Source: Candidatus Latescibacterota bacterium (GTDB lineage: Bacteria > Latescibacterota > UBA2968). Taken from it: a DNA stretch of 64,000 bases. The stretch lies in contig OZ240241.1 in assembly GCA_965198115.1 (NCBI GenBank), forward strand, positions 928,001 through 992,000, written 5' to 3'. A program made the position numbers and the translations under genes. Below the pieces are notes generated by a model. The model ran no database searches. It was not told the DNA's origin and saw only the letters and a list, made by a program, of their open reading frames with translations. Position 1 is the first letter of the stretch. Every line of letters begins with the position of its first letter. Positions 47,995 to 58,710 of this stretch are shown here, piece after piece.

Positions 47995-49937
47995 ATGAGT
48001 GTTGCACCGCAGCTCGACCCTGTGAAAGAAAGCACAGGCCGGTCGCCGATCACGTTCTGGTCGCTCAGTTTGGGCGCGGCCCTGACGGTGCTTGCGACGG
48101 TCGCGGGGACGTATGCGCGCTTTATCCTCCACACCACCCGTCTGGATCAGAATCACCTCTCACTCGCCGCGGTTTTCCCGCTCGTCCTGATTTCACTGTT
48201 TCTCGCTCGTCCCCTCCGCCTCAGCCGTGGGGAGCTGATCGTCATCTTTACGATGGCCCTGATCGGCGCGACGATGCCCACGTATTTCATCGGGAAGCTC
48301 GTCGCAAACATTGCCGTTCCCCATTACCTCGCAACGCCGGAGAACCAGTGGCGCGACTACTTCGAGCCGGGTCTCCCGACCTACGCGACGATTCCTCCGG
48401 GTTCGGCGCTGACCTGGTTCTTCGAAGGACTGCCTCGAGGGGCGCCTCTTCCGTGGGGGACGTGGGTCACACCCGTGTTTTGGTGGATCACCGTGATAGC
48501 TGCCTTCTACGGGTGCTGTCTGTTCATCACCGTCATTTTGAGACGTCAGTGGGTGGAAAGCGAGCGCATCGACTATCCGCTGATGGAAATGCCATTGGCC
48601 CTGATGGAGGATCCCGAGCCGAGGGGCTTCTTTCGCATACCGATCATGAACCAGCCGGTGTTCTGGAGTGGTTTTGCCATTTCTTCGATCGTCATCTTTT
48701 GGAATGTCATCTCCTACTTTCAGCCGACCTTTCCGCGCATTCCTTTCAGTCTGGCCAACATCCAGTTCGGGCCGACTTTTCCTGCGATCGGAATCCGGCT
48801 TTACTGGATGGTGGTCGGGTTCGCATACTTCATCAACCTCGACGTATCGCTCAGCATCTGGGTCTTCAATCTGCTCACGAACGTAGAGGTCGGGATCTTT
48901 AGTCGGTTGGGCGGAGATATCGGAGACAACGAGGAATACTCGACTGGACCTTTGGTCATGGGCACGCAGTCCATGGGGGCGTTCCTGGTGGTCGTGGGCA
49001 CGGGGCTGTGGATGGCACGCGGTCATCTCTCTCGAGTCTGGCGGAAGGCGCTTACGGGGGATCCCGGAATCCGTGACGATGACGAAATTGTCAGCTACAG
49101 GACCTGCGTGTTTGGACTGATTCTCTGTGTGGTGTCTGGCACATCGCAACAGGAATGGTCTGGTCGTTTATCCCGCTTTTCCTGCTGGGCTGCCTGGTCA
49201 TGTATCTGGGTATGACCCGCGTGATCGTCGAGACCGGTCTGATCGCGATCCGAGCGCCCCTGATGCCCCAGCCGTTCGGCATGTTCATCACTGGGACGGA
49301 CGTGCTCAGTCGCGACACGATGGTCTCCATTGCCCTGTCGTATTCCTGGTGTTCAGATACCAAGACGACGATCATGCCCGCTCTGGCGCACGGCACGCGG
49401 CTGTTCAGCTCGGAGCGTGTCCACCACCGTAGATATCTTGTAGCCGTGATCGGCGCGATGGCGGTTGGCGTGCTGGCCAGTTTTGCGTTCACGATTTACA
49501 TGGGTTACCTGAACGGCGCGGCCAATTACGGTGGGATCTTCACCGGCGGCCTGGCTCGGTACCCGTGGGACAATCTGGTCAAGAAGGTCAACAGCCCCTT
49601 TACGACGAAGTGGGAGCCGCTGGGCGTGATGGTCGCGGGCGCACTCGTGACGGCCGGACTCATGCTCCTTCGCTACCGGGTTGCGTGGTGGCCGCTCCAC
49701 CCAATCGGGTTTGCGGCAGGCCCCGTGTATCCAGTCAACAGGATCGTCTTCGCGATCTTCATGGGGTGGGCATTCAAGGCCGCGATCCTGAAACTCGGCG
49801 GCGTAAAGTCCTACCGGGACGCACGGCCCTTTTTTATCGGGCTCATTCTGGGACACTTCGTGGGCACGGGTGTCTCCTTCGTGGTCGACATGATCTGGTT
49901 CCACGGCCAGGGCCACAGCATACCCTTCAACGACTGA
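47995..49937 (+). CDS. DUF6785/DUF6784 multi-TM putative transporter, frameshifted near 49130
   Basis: LSRGELIVIF, LRRQWVESERIDYPL, WWPLHPIGF, PFFIGLILG motifs across ORFs 47986..49215 and 49155..49937. Confidence 0.75.
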
Positions 49938-49944
49938 GGTCATC

Positions 49945-51024
49945 GTGCGTGTCTTGTTCTTCTGGGAACCGGTCGGCGGTCTGACATTGGCACATCCCTG
50001 CAATCCATACGCGGGGCTACTCGAGCGTGAGATGAAGGGGATGGGTATCGAACTGGAACTGGGTGACTACGGCTTCGAAAGGACGTGGCTGGAAGAGAAA
50101 CGTGCCGCCTGCGACGTCTTGCACCTGAACTGGCTGCACGGCTTCTATCGTGAGAAATCGTTGCAAGATTCGCTCGAGCGATGTGCTCGGTTCACCGAGA
50201 ACCTGGCCTACGCCAGGGAACTCGGCTACCGCATCGTCTGGACCCTGCACAACCTCTACCCCCACGAACGACCGTTTCCCGAACTGGACAGAATCGCACG
50301 TCAGGCCGTCTGCGAGGCCGCGGACCACGTGATCGCTCACTGCGAGTATGGGCAGAGGGCGGCCGCTCGTTTCTTTCACCGCACGACGGACATCTCGATT
50401 ATTCCACACGGCCATTTCATCGATGTTTTTCCGAACGATGTGACGAATGCGGAGGCGCGGTCCGACCTTTCGATTCCTGAGAGCGCCTTCGTGTATGTCT
50501 ACTTCGGAAACGCGCGCGCCTACAAGGGCATCGAAGCCCTGATCGAGGCCTTCTTCGAGGCAAGCAACGACGACACTCGTCTGATCCTGATGATGCGGAG
50601 CGCCGTCGACCCGACGTACGCTGAGACCCTTCGTGCGGCTGCGAAGGGCGATGAACGCATCCACATCTACACATCCTCGTTCTTTCCAGAAGCGGACTTT
50701 CAGCGATATCTGAACACCGGAGACGTCGGGGTTTTCCCGTTCTCTGAGGTCATGACCTCTGGCTCGACGATCACGGGATTGGGATTCGCGTTGCCGGCGA
50801 TCGTGCCCCGCCTCGGCTGTCTCACCGAACTGATCGACGACAGCTGTGGCCTCACCTACGATGCGGCGGATCCGAACGGCCTCGCGGAGGCGCTTCGCCA
50901 GATTCGCGATCGCGACATCGACGTGCTCAAACGAGGAGCGCGCGCACGAGCCGAATCCTTCGATTGGCAGTCGATCGCACAGAGGACGGCAGACGTTTAC
51001 AGGGGACGGGTTGCCTCGCCCTGA
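49945..51024 (+). CDS. Glycosyltransferase family 4
   Basis: NPY, VWTLHNLYPHE, IPHG, FGNARAYKG, TSGS. Confidence 0.9.
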   Translation: MRVLFFWEPVGGLTLAHPCNPYAGLLEREMKGMGIELELGDYGFERTWLEEKRAACDVLHLNWLHGFYREKSLQDSLERCARFTENLAYARELGYRIVWTLHNLYPHERPFPELDRIARQAVCEAADHVIAHCEYGQRAAARFFHRTTDISIIPHGHFIDVFPNDVTNAEARSDLSIPESAFVYVYFGNARAYKGIEALIEAFFEASNDDTRLILMMRSAVDPTYAETLRAAAKGDERIHIYTSSFFPEADFQRYLNTGDVGVFPFSEVMTSGSTITGLGFALPAIVPRLGCLTELIDDSCGLTYDAADPNGLAEALRQIRDRDIDVLKRGARARAESFDWQSIAQRTADVYRGRVASP

Positions 51025-51079
51025 GGCCCGTGTCTATATTGGCGCCGCCCGCAGGCTCAATCCATTCATCCATCGACGC

Positions 51080-52174
51080 ATGAAAATCACGACGATCGAT
51101 CTGACGGCCGTTCACGTAAACCACCGCGGAGACTGGATCTTCGTCAGAGTGAACACGGACGACGGTCTCTATGGGCTCGGAGAGATGCGGTCCGGCCAGA
51201 ACTATGCACCGCAGGTGGCTGCCGTCCGCGCCTACGCCGATTGGCTCGAGGGGCGGAATCCAGAGCGGATCAACCAGCTGACGAAGGGTTGGCCAGACGC
51301 GCGGAAAAACAGGGCCCACACGAGTGCCGTTAGCGCCGTCGAAGCAGCGCTGTGGGACTTGCTCGGAAAGCAGCTCGGGATGCCCGTACACGCTCTGTGG
51401 GGTGGGCGCGTCCGAGACAAGATTCGACTGTATGCAAACATCAACCGGGCGACGACAGACCGCACACCCGAAGGCTTTGCCACGAATGCGGCCGCTGCGG
51501 TCGCCGAAGGGTTCGACGCGGTCAAGCTGGCGCCGTTCGATGGGATGGACCGGGAGATGGACAGTGCGGTCGAGGCGGCCGACGGGATTGCGTGTATGGT
51601 CGCTGTGCGTGAGGCGATCGGCCCCGACATCGACCTGCTGATCGATTGCCACAACCACTTTACCGCGAAGGGATCGCTCGAGGTGGCAGACGCCCTTCGC
51701 GACCTGGACCTGTTCTGGTTCGAACAGCCGACGCCGGAGTCGAACGTCGAATCGGCTGTGGAGGTCAAGACGAAGTGCGGCATGACGCTCGCCGGGGGCG
51801 AACACCGAGCCTTCGGAGATGGATGGACCGATGTGTTCGAGCACGGAACGATGGACGTTGTCATGCCGGACCAATCGGTAATTGGAGGGATGGGGGAGGT
51901 CCGGCGCGTGTCTGAGATGGCGGATGCGTGGGGGATCGCGACGTCACCTCACGGACCGGTCGGTCCCCTGACGATCGCCGCCCACGTTCACTGCGCCGCC
52001 GTCGCACCGAATTTTCTGATCCTCGAATTTGGCTGGGGTGAGATTCCCTGGCGGGCCACACTCACCGAGCCACCGGAAGTCATCGTGAATGGCCGTATCC
52101 CCGTGAACGATCGTCCCGGACTCGGCTACACGCTCAACTCCGACACGGTAGACGAACACAAGGTTAACATCTGA
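51080..52174 (+). CDS. Mandelate racemase family acid-sugar dehydratase (galactonate dehydratase-like)
   Basis: WIFVRVNTDDGLYGLGE, ALWDLLGK, KLAPF, DCH, FEQP, GE, PH. Confidence 0.9.
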   Translation: MKITTIDLTAVHVNHRGDWIFVRVNTDDGLYGLGEMRSGQNYAPQVAAVRAYADWLEGRNPERINQLTKGWPDARKNRAHTSAVSAVEAALWDLLGKQLGMPVHALWGGRVRDKIRLYANINRATTDRTPEGFATNAAAAVAEGFDAVKLAPFDGMDREMDSAVEAADGIACMVAVREAIGPDIDLLIDCHNHFTAKGSLEVADALRDLDLFWFEQPTPESNVESAVEVKTKCGMTLAGGEHRAFGDGWTDVFEHGTMDVVMPDQSVIGGMGEVRRVSEMADAWGIATSPHGPVGPLTIAAHVHCAAVAPNFLILEFGWGEIPWRATLTEPPEVIVNGRIPVNDRPGLGYTLNSDTVDEHKVNI

Positions 52175-52188
52175 TGGCAGGATCTGGC

Positions 52189-53045
52189 ATGTTCAAGTGT
52201 CTGGCGCCCGGTGCGATCGGCGTCAAAGCTTCGTTGGAGGAAGCGCTTGCGCTCGTGCGCGACAGCGGATTCGAGGGGCTCGACCCCAACGCCGGCGAGA
52301 TCAGGGCTTTGGTGGACGAACGAGGCGCCGACGAGGTTGTGGCGTTGTTCGATTCCCACGGGGTTCGGATTGGGGCGTGGGGATTGGGGGTCGCGTGGAA
52401 CGGGCCCGAGGACGAGTATCGCGAGGGGTTACAGGCGTTGCCGGCGGTTGCGTCGGCGGCGGCGAGCGTCGGAGCGACGCGGGTATCACAGTGGGTGCCA
52501 CCGGCGTCTGACGACCGAAAGTTTCGTGATAATTTTCGATGGCACGTCGAACGTCTGCGGCCGATCGCGGAAGTCCTGAGAGGTGCGGGCTGCTGGTTGG
52601 GATTGGAATTCACGGGCCTCGGACGATACGCGAAGCCAAGGCGTATGGCTTTCTCTACACGCTCGGGGGCATGCTCGCGTTGACGGAGGCGATCGGAACG
52701 GGGAACGTCGGCCTGCTGCTCGACGTCTGGCACTGGTATACGAGTCTCGGAGCGCCATCGGACCTGGCAACGCTGACGGCGGAGGATGTCGTGCACGTCC
52801 ACGTGAACGATGCGCCACGCGACCGGAACTACGACGAACAGATCGACCACGAGCGCGCACTCCCGTCGGAGACAGGGGTGATCGATCTGGTCGGCTTTTT
52901 GAAGGCCCTCGACGGGATGGGCTACGACGGTCCGGTGACGCCCGAACCCTTCAGTGCGCGGGTGAGAGAAATGGATGCGGCGGCCGCGATCGATGAGACG
53001 CACGTGGGGCTCGGCGAGGCGTGGCAGAAGGCGGGTCTGGCGTAG
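52189..53045 (+). CDS. Sugar phosphate isomerase/epimerase, frameshifted near 52615
   Basis: LGLEF(I)GPRT restored by one T; LLDVWHW, HVHVND, GYDGPVTPEPF. Confidence 0.85.
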
Positions 53046-53053
53046 GAGGTCGT

Positions 53054-53610
53054 GTGGAAACTTTCATTGAGCATACATCGACGACCTGCAGCGCGTGCTC
53101 ACGCACGTCGACCCGACCGAGGTGGCCAAAGTCATCGCGCTGTTTGGTCGCGCGCGCGACACGGGGAATCGCATCTTCGCGATCGGGAACGGGGGGTCGG
53201 CGAGTACGGCTTCACACTTCGTGAACGACATGGGGAAAGGGGCTTCGGTCGGGCGCGATAAGCGGTTCAAAGTCATTCCGTTGACCGACAACGTCGAATG
53301 GATGACGGCTCTCTCGAATGACATCAGCTATGACGATGTCTACGTGGAGCAGTTGAAGAACCACGCGGAGAAGGGCGACGTGCTCCTCGCCATCAGTGGC
53401 AGCGGCAATTCAGAGAACGTCCTTCGCGCCGTGCGATACGCCAACGAGATCGGGTGCACGACGGTCGGATTCACAGGGTTCGGTGGCGGCAAGCTCAAGG
53501 GCCTCGCGCAGGCGTCGATCGTCGCCGACGCGAACCACATGGGTCGGGTCGAAGATCTCCATCTTGTTCTCCAGCATCTCATCTGCTATTACTTTATGGA
53601 TTGCGAGTGA
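53054..53610 (+). CDS. SIS-domain phosphoheptose isomerase-like protein (GmhA-like), frameshift near 53072
   Basis: GNGGSASTASH, NDISYD, ISGSGNSENV, EDLH. Confidence 0.88.
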
Positions 53611-53644
53611 CTGCGTCGCACCGCGGGCATCGAGGAGTTGTCGG

Positions 53645-54430
53645 ATGTTGACCGATAGCCAGCTGATCCACTACGAAACGTTCGGATTCGTCGTCCTTCG
53701 CGAGGTCTTCACACGCCAGGAGATGGATACCCTGTCGGATGAGTTCGATTCCGGACTCTCAGCCGCTTATGCGCATCGTCCCTTCAACGGAACCGAGCGT
53801 CACTGGCTGATGATGTTGGGGCCGGATACCCCGCTCTTTGCTTCGCTCCTCGAAGACGAGCGCTTCAGTGAGGTGGCCGAACAGCTCTACGGAGACGATG
53901 TGTTCGCGGTCGGGTGTGATGCCAACCAGTATGTCGGCGATACGCGATGGCACCCCGATCATCGGATCGACCCGAGTGAAGACTGCTTTGGCGTTAAATT
54001 CGCGTTCTACCTGGATCCTGTCGATGGAGACTCCGGCGCGCTGCGCGTCATCCCAGGTTCACACAAGGAGCCGTTGCACAGCGAGATCAAGACGAATCTG
54101 GAACGGATGGAGATCGACATTCCCGACGTTCCCGGGTACGTGTGCGCATCGAGCCCGGGCGATGTCGTCGCTTTCGACATGCGCACCTGGCACTCGAGCT
54201 GGGGCGGGTCGAACGGGCGTCGTATGAGTACGTGCGTCTACTACAACAACCCTAGGACCCCCGAGGAAGAAGCGGCAACGCGCGGACGGGCGGCCAACAA
54301 CAGGAAGACCCTGGATCGGTTCCACCGACCGAACGACCCATACTATCATCCCCATTGGCTCGAGAATCACGAAGGCCATCCGAAGCGGCAAAAATGGCTG
54401 AAGCGTCTCACCCAACTCGGGTTCCTCTGA
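53645..54430 (+). CDS. Phytanoyl-CoA dioxygenase (PhyH) family protein
   Basis: GFVVLR, WHPD, GALRVIPGSH, PGDVVAFD..WH..R. Confidence 0.9.
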   Translation: MLTDSQLIHYETFGFVVLREVFTRQEMDTLSDEFDSGLSAAYAHRPFNGTERHWLMMLGPDTPLFASLLEDERFSEVAEQLYGDDVFAVGCDANQYVGDTRWHPDHRIDPSEDCFGVKFAFYLDPVDGDSGALRVIPGSHKEPLHSEIKTNLERMEIDIPDVPGYVCASSPGDVVAFDMRTWHSSWGGSNGRRMSTCVYYNNPRTPEEEAATRGRAANNRKTLDRFHRPNDPYYHPHWLENHEGHPKRQKWLKRLTQLGFL

Positions 54431-54482
54431 GAATGAGATGAAGGTCTCGGCTCTGCGTGTGATGGATCGAGAAGCCTGACAC

Positions 54483-55511
54483 GTGTGGGTCTGTGTCTCC
54501 GGCTTGATGGCGCTGCCCGTCCTCTTCGGGATCGATGCGGGTTATTACGTCCACCTGGCCAGAGGTCAATGGAATCTGCTGTGGAACCAGGTCCCGATCG
54601 AGCACGTGCTGGCCGACGAAGATCTGGACCCGGGGACACGAGAGCGACTTGAACTGGTCGTGGAGATTCGACGTTTCGCGGTCCGGGAATTGGGTCTTGA
54701 GGCGTCCGACACCTACTCCCGGTATTGCGACGTCGGTCCCGGCCCGGTGATCTGGGCGCTCACGGTCTGTCCTGCCGATCGTCTCGAACCGGTTCGATGG
54801 TCCTATCCGATCGTCGGGTCCGCGCCTTATCGTGGTTTTTTCGATCGTGAGCGCGGGGAAGCGGCCCGATCGAGCTACGAGGCCGATGGCTACGATACGG
54901 TTCTCCGACCGGTCGGCGCCTTCAGCACGTTGGGGTGGTTCCCGGATCCGATGTTGAGTTCGATGCTTCGCTACTCCGTCGCAGATCTGGCCGACACGGT
55001 GTTTCACGAACTGATGCACGCCACGGTTTGGATCCCTGACCACGCTGATTTCAACGAGACGATGGCCAGTTTCGTTGGGCGCCAGGGGGCAAAGGTCTGG
55101 CTCGACAGGCGTCCAGCGGGGCAGGATAGTATTCGCGTATCCGAAGATGCGAGAATGGATCGAGTGGCCTTACGCAGGATGTTGGGGGAGGCCGCTGCCA
55201 GACTGGATTCGTTGTATGGCTCGGCGACGCCACGTTCGCTGAAGCTGGCGAGGAAAGACAGTGTGATCTCCCGACTCCGCGGCAGACTGGAGTCGGAATC
55301 CTGGCGAACGAGCAGATACAAGGATTTCGATCGATGGACGATCAACAATGCGACGTTGGCGATCCATCGGACGTATGACCGTGACTCGAACCTGTTCGAT
55401 CGCGTCCATACTCGCCTGGGCAGCGACCTGGCACGTACGATCGACTTTCTTCGTGATGTGGAAGCTGCCGACCCATACGGGCATCTACAGACGTGGGTCG
55501 ACACCCCGTGA
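54483..55511 (+). CDS. Putative zinc aminopeptidase (DUF2265); start uncertain
   Basis: GYYVHLARGQ, YPIVG..YRGFF, AFSTLGWFPDP, HELMH + FNE. Confidence 0.88.
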   Translation: MWVCVSGLMALPVLFGIDAGYYVHLARGQWNLLWNQVPIEHVLADEDLDPGTRERLELVVEIRRFAVRELGLEASDTYSRYCDVGPGPVIWALTVCPADRLEPVRWSYPIVGSAPYRGFFDRERGEAARSSYEADGYDTVLRPVGAFSTLGWFPDPMLSSMLRYSVADLADTVFHELMHATVWIPDHADFNETMASFVGRQGAKVWLDRRPAGQDSIRVSEDARMDRVALRRMLGEAAARLDSLYGSATPRSLKLARKDSVISRLRGRLESESWRTSRYKDFDRWTINNATLAIHRTYDRDSNLFDRVHTRLGSDLARTIDFLRDVEAADPYGHLQTWVDTP

Positions 55512-55816
55512 CGAATGACCTGACCGAGGCTGTGCGCCGGGCGGTCTGTGCCATTCCCGAGGGTACGGTCGCGACATACGGTCAGATCGCAGACGCCGTC
55601 GGGACCGGTCCGCGGCAGGTTGGACGCGCGTTGCGGCTAGTCCCCGATGGCCGGGCGTGTCCATGGCATCGGGTGGTGAATGCGCACGGCCGAATCTCCG
55701 ACCACGGGAGTGAAGATCGCCAGCGCCGTCGCCTGGAACAGGAGGGCATAGAGTTCGATGATCTGGACCGGATTGATCTGAATGTCTACGGATGGGACGT
55801 TTCTGAATGGAAATGA
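55508..55816 (+). CDS. Alkyltransferase-like protein (ATL, YbaZ/Atl1 type)
   Basis: IPEGTVATYGQIA, RQVG, PWHRVV (Trp in place of the catalytic Cys). Confidence 0.9.
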   Translation: MTNDLTEAVRRAVCAIPEGTVATYGQIADAVGTGPRQVGRALRLVPDGRACPWHRVVNAHGRISDHGSEDRQRRRLEQEGIEFDDLDRIDLNVYGWDVSEWK

Positions 55817-55837
55817 GTCACGAGGGAGCGTCGGAGG

Positions 55838-55866
55838 TTGACAACATCTATGTTTCTTATTAGGTT
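55838..55866 (+). promoter_or_regulatory. Putative sigma-70 promoter of HU-bS22-tRNA unit
   Basis: TTGACA-17 bp-TAGGTT. Confidence 0.65.
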
Positions 55867-55943
55867 AGCGCACTCAATAGCTCGGCCTTCGGCTGACGCA
55901 ACGAGGCTGAATCGCATCCTTGTGCGGTGGGAAAGAGACTGAG

Positions 55944-56222
55944 GTGACCAAGGCCGATATTGTCAATCAGATTGCGGACGCAACGGGGCTGACCAAGACC
56001 GACACGGCAGCCGTCGTGGAAGGATTCCTGGCTTCGGTCGTCACGGCGTTGCGCGATGGAGAGCACCTGGAAATTCGTGGGTTCGGTACCTTCAAGGTGG
56101 TTCGAAGGGCCAGCCGGACCGGACGGAACCCGAAGACGGGCGACGTGGTGAAGATTCCCGAACGGCCCGTGCCGGTGTTCAAGCCGTCACGCGAGCTTCG
56201 TGCATCCGTCGAAGAGAAATAG
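55944..56222 (+). CDS. HU/IHF family DNA-binding protein
   Basis: TKADIV, EIRGFGTF, RTGRNPKTG, PVFKPS. Confidence 0.95.
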   Translation: MTKADIVNQIADATGLTKTDTAAVVEGFLASVVTALRDGEHLEIRGFGTFKVVRRASRTGRNPKTGDVVKIPERPVPVFKPSRELRASVEEK

Positions 56223-56269
56223 AGAGTCGTCGATCGTCATCCGACCCAATCCAAGAGAGGGGAGCTCGC

Positions 56270-56362
56270 GTGCCTAGTGGAAAAAAGCGCAAGCGTCAGA
56301 AAATCGCGACGCATAAGCGCAAGAAGCGTCGCCGCAGAGATCGTCATAAAAAGAAAGTGTAG
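56270..56362 (+). CDS. 30-aa basic protein, bS22/mS38-like small ribosomal protein
   Basis: MPSGKKRKRQKIATHKRKKRRRRDRHKKKV with GAGGGGAG RBS; resembles Bacteroidetes bS22. Confidence 0.8.
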   Translation: MPSGKKRKRQKIATHKRKKRRRRDRHKKKV

Positions 56363-56379
56363 GGTAACGGAATCGGTCT

Positions 56380-56456
56380 GGGGCATTAGCTCAGTTGGAT
56401 AGAGCGCTGGTCTCCGGAACCAGAGGTCACAGGTTCGAATCCTGTATGTCCCACCA
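56380..56456 (+). tRNA. tRNA-Arg(CCG)
   Basis: Acceptor GGGGCAT/ATGTCCC, anticodon arm CTGGT-CTCCGGA-ACCAG, T-loop GGTTCGAATCC, encoded CCA; 77 nt. Confidence 0.97.
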
Positions 56457-56482
56457 TCTCGGCCCGAAACACGCCGAATCGA

Positions 56483-56519
56483 GCTCCCCGAGGGTTTTTT
56501 GCCCTCGGGGAGCCTTTTT
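56483..56519 (+). terminator. Rho-independent terminator after tRNA
   Basis: GCTCCCCGAGGG-loop-CCCTCGGGGAGC followed by T run. Confidence 0.85.
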
Positions 56520-56710
56520 ATGCCGATATAGAGTGAGACGCGGACTGCCGATGATAAATGGAGGAACCCTGGCCGGGTTTCGTCGTCAAATCGGACGAAA
56601 CATCCCGTAACCCGCTTTCGTCCAATGATCTACACGAAGCGGGGGAACATTAGCCCGATTCTGGCGTATAATTAGGGTTAGAGTCGGCCATTTTTCGACC
56701 GACGTGGAGG

Positions 56711-57592
56711 TTGGCAGGATTGAACAAGGATCAGACCAGTAAAGATCGTGGTCGCTTCGGCCACGACCCTTCTGTGCAGCGCTATCTCAGAGAGCTACGC
56801 AATTATCCGCCTATGACCCGTAAGGAGGAGGAGCAGACCCTCGTGCGGGCCAAAAAGGGCGATGCCAAGGCCGTCGAAGCCCTCCTGACAGCGAATCTGA
56901 GGTTCGTGGTCAGCGTCGCTCTCGAGTATCAAGGCAGGGGCGTCGCGCTTTCCGATCTCATTGCCGAGGGCAACGTTGGCCTGATCGAGGCGTTGAAGCG
57001 CTTCGACGAGAAGCGAGGATTCAAGTTCATCAGCTACGCAGTCTGGTGGATTCGACAGGCGATTTTGAACGCCCTCAAGAAGACGTCGACGGTGTCGATG
57101 CCGGCCAATCGCCAGGAAGACATGGACCGAATGGCGAGACGTTGGGGCCAGATGACACAGGAGCTCGGTCGCGTCCCGACGCTCGACGAAGTGGCCACCG
57201 ACATGAAAATCAGTCGGAAGCGCGCTGAACGGGCCCTGCGATGTGTACGTTCGGATCTGTCGCTCGACTCACCCCTCGAACCGTCCGGCGATCAGAGCCT
57301 GATGCAGCTTCTCAAGTCGGAAGGGCCCGACCCCGACGACCCGGTCCTCGAAGGGGACCGGGATGACCTGGTGCGCGATTCGGTCGGGTCGTGTCTGGAT
57401 CCGCGAGAGGGCGAAGTCATCCGTGCCTATTTCGGGCTCGATGGCAAGGAGCGGCGAACGCTCGGAGAGATTGGCGGCACCCTGGGTGTCACACGGGAGC
57501 GGGTCCGTCAGATTCGCAACCGGGCGCTCGGCAAACTGCGGCGGCACCTCAAACAGCGGATTCCGGGTGACAACTGGCACGATTTACTCTGA
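56711..57592 (+). CDS. Sigma-70 family factor, RpoD/RpoS-like lacking region 1.1
   Basis: YLREL, ANLRFVVSVA, DLIAEGNVGL, GFKFISYAVWWIRQAI, TLGEIG..LGVTRERVRQI. Confidence 0.95.
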   Translation: MAGLNKDQTSKDRGRFGHDPSVQRYLRELRNYPPMTRKEEEQTLVRAKKGDAKAVEALLTANLRFVVSVALEYQGRGVALSDLIAEGNVGLIEALKRFDEKRGFKFISYAVWWIRQAILNALKKTSTVSMPANRQEDMDRMARRWGQMTQELGRVPTLDEVATDMKISRKRAERALRCVRSDLSLDSPLEPSGDQSLMQLLKSEGPDPDDPVLEGDRDDLVRDSVGSCLDPREGEVIRAYFGLDGKERRTLGEIGGTLGVTRERVRQIRNRALGKLRRHLKQRIPGDNWHDLL

Positions 57593-57612
57593 TTTCTGCC
57601 ACGATCGATGAT

Positions 57613-57649
57613 AAGCGGGCGTTCCCGATGCGGGTTCGCCCGCTTTTTC
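57613..57649 (+). terminator. Probable terminator after sigma factor
   Basis: AAGCGGGCG...CGCCCGCTT followed by TTT. Confidence 0.7.
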
Positions 57650-57780
57650 GTGAGTGCGGAGGACACACGACAGGGCTCGGAGTTGATTTAAGTCGTTCAA
57701 ATCCTTAGATTTCGCGTGTCTGTCACCCGGTCCCGCCAGTTTCGAATCCCCCGCCGCGGGCCCGAACACGGAGGGCAGAT

Positions 57781-58710
57781 GTGGCTTCGGTGACCACACC
57801 CGAGTCTGATCTCGCCGGGAATGGATCCTCCCGTGTCGGACCACCTGGGAACTCTTTCGTCCGAAACATCGTCAGTGTTGCCCGCGAAGTGGTTCGGCGG
57901 TCGATTCGTCACGACTGTACCGAAGTAGCCGGCGAAATGGCCTTCGACTTTTCGTTCTCGATCTTTCCGGCCGCGCTCTTTGCTGCGATGCTGGCAGGAC
58001 TGCTCGATCTGTCCCCCGAGGCCGTGTCCAGGTCCCTCGAGGTGATGGGGATTTTCCTGCACGAACAGGTTCGAGAAATGGTCGAATCAAACGTGAGTGC
58101 ACTCGTTGAAAGCAGCTCTCAGCCGCTGCTCACAATCGGTTTTCTGGGGGCGGTGTGGGCCGCGTCCAGCGCGATCAACGCGACGATTAAAGCATTGAAC
58201 CGGGCCTACGAAATCCAGGAACGCAGGAGTTTCTGGTATCGGCGGTCTCTGTCCGTCGGGCTGATGTTCGGAGTGGGGTTCGGCATGTGCATCTGTTTCA
58301 ACCTGCTGATCATGGGCTCGTGGATCGAAACACAGCTCCTCGTGCGACTAGGTCTGGAGGACTACGTGCCCGCGACGGTTTCCTTCCTCAAGTGGCCGGT
58401 CGGCTTTCTCGGTTGTATCACCGTAGCCGCGCTGGTCTATCGCATCGCCCCGAACTGCAAGCCTCGTTTGAAGGATCTGCTGCCGGGCGCGCTGTGGTTT
58501 ACAGCGCTGTGGTTTCTGCTCTCTCAGGCGTTCGGAACCTACGTGTCGAACTTCAGCTACTACAACCGGGTCACGGGAACGCTCGGGGTGTTCATCATCT
58601 TTCAACTCTGGGTCTACCTGACGGCTCTCATCTTCCTGCTGGGCGGAGAGTTGAACGCTTCTCTAACCGAGCGAAAGACGCGGTTGCTCGAGGCACTCGC
58701 AGGCGTCTGA
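57781..58710 (+). CDS. YihY/virulence factor BrkB family membrane protein
   Basis: AGEMAF..SIFP, ALNRAYE..ERRSFW, LPGA, LWVYL..LLGGELN. Confidence 0.9.
   Translation: MASVTTPESDLAGNGSSRVGPPGNSFVRNIVSVAREVVRRSIRHDCTEVAGEMAFDFSFSIFPAALFAAMLAGLLDLSPEAVSRSLEVMGIFLHEQVREMVESNVSALVESSSQPLLTIGFLGAVWAASSAINATIKALNRAYEIQERRSFWYRRSLSVGLMFGVGFGMCICFNLLIMGSWIETQLLVRLGLEDYVPATVSFLKWPVGFLGCITVAALVYRIAPNCKPRLKDLLPGALWFTALWFLLSQAFGTYVSNFSYYNRVTGTLGVFIIFQLWVYLTALIFLLGGELNASLTERKTRLLEALAGV

Noticed and set aside
56380-56456. tRNA as an island integration site
   Set aside because: No adjacent integrase and no duplicated tRNA 3' end noticed in the window
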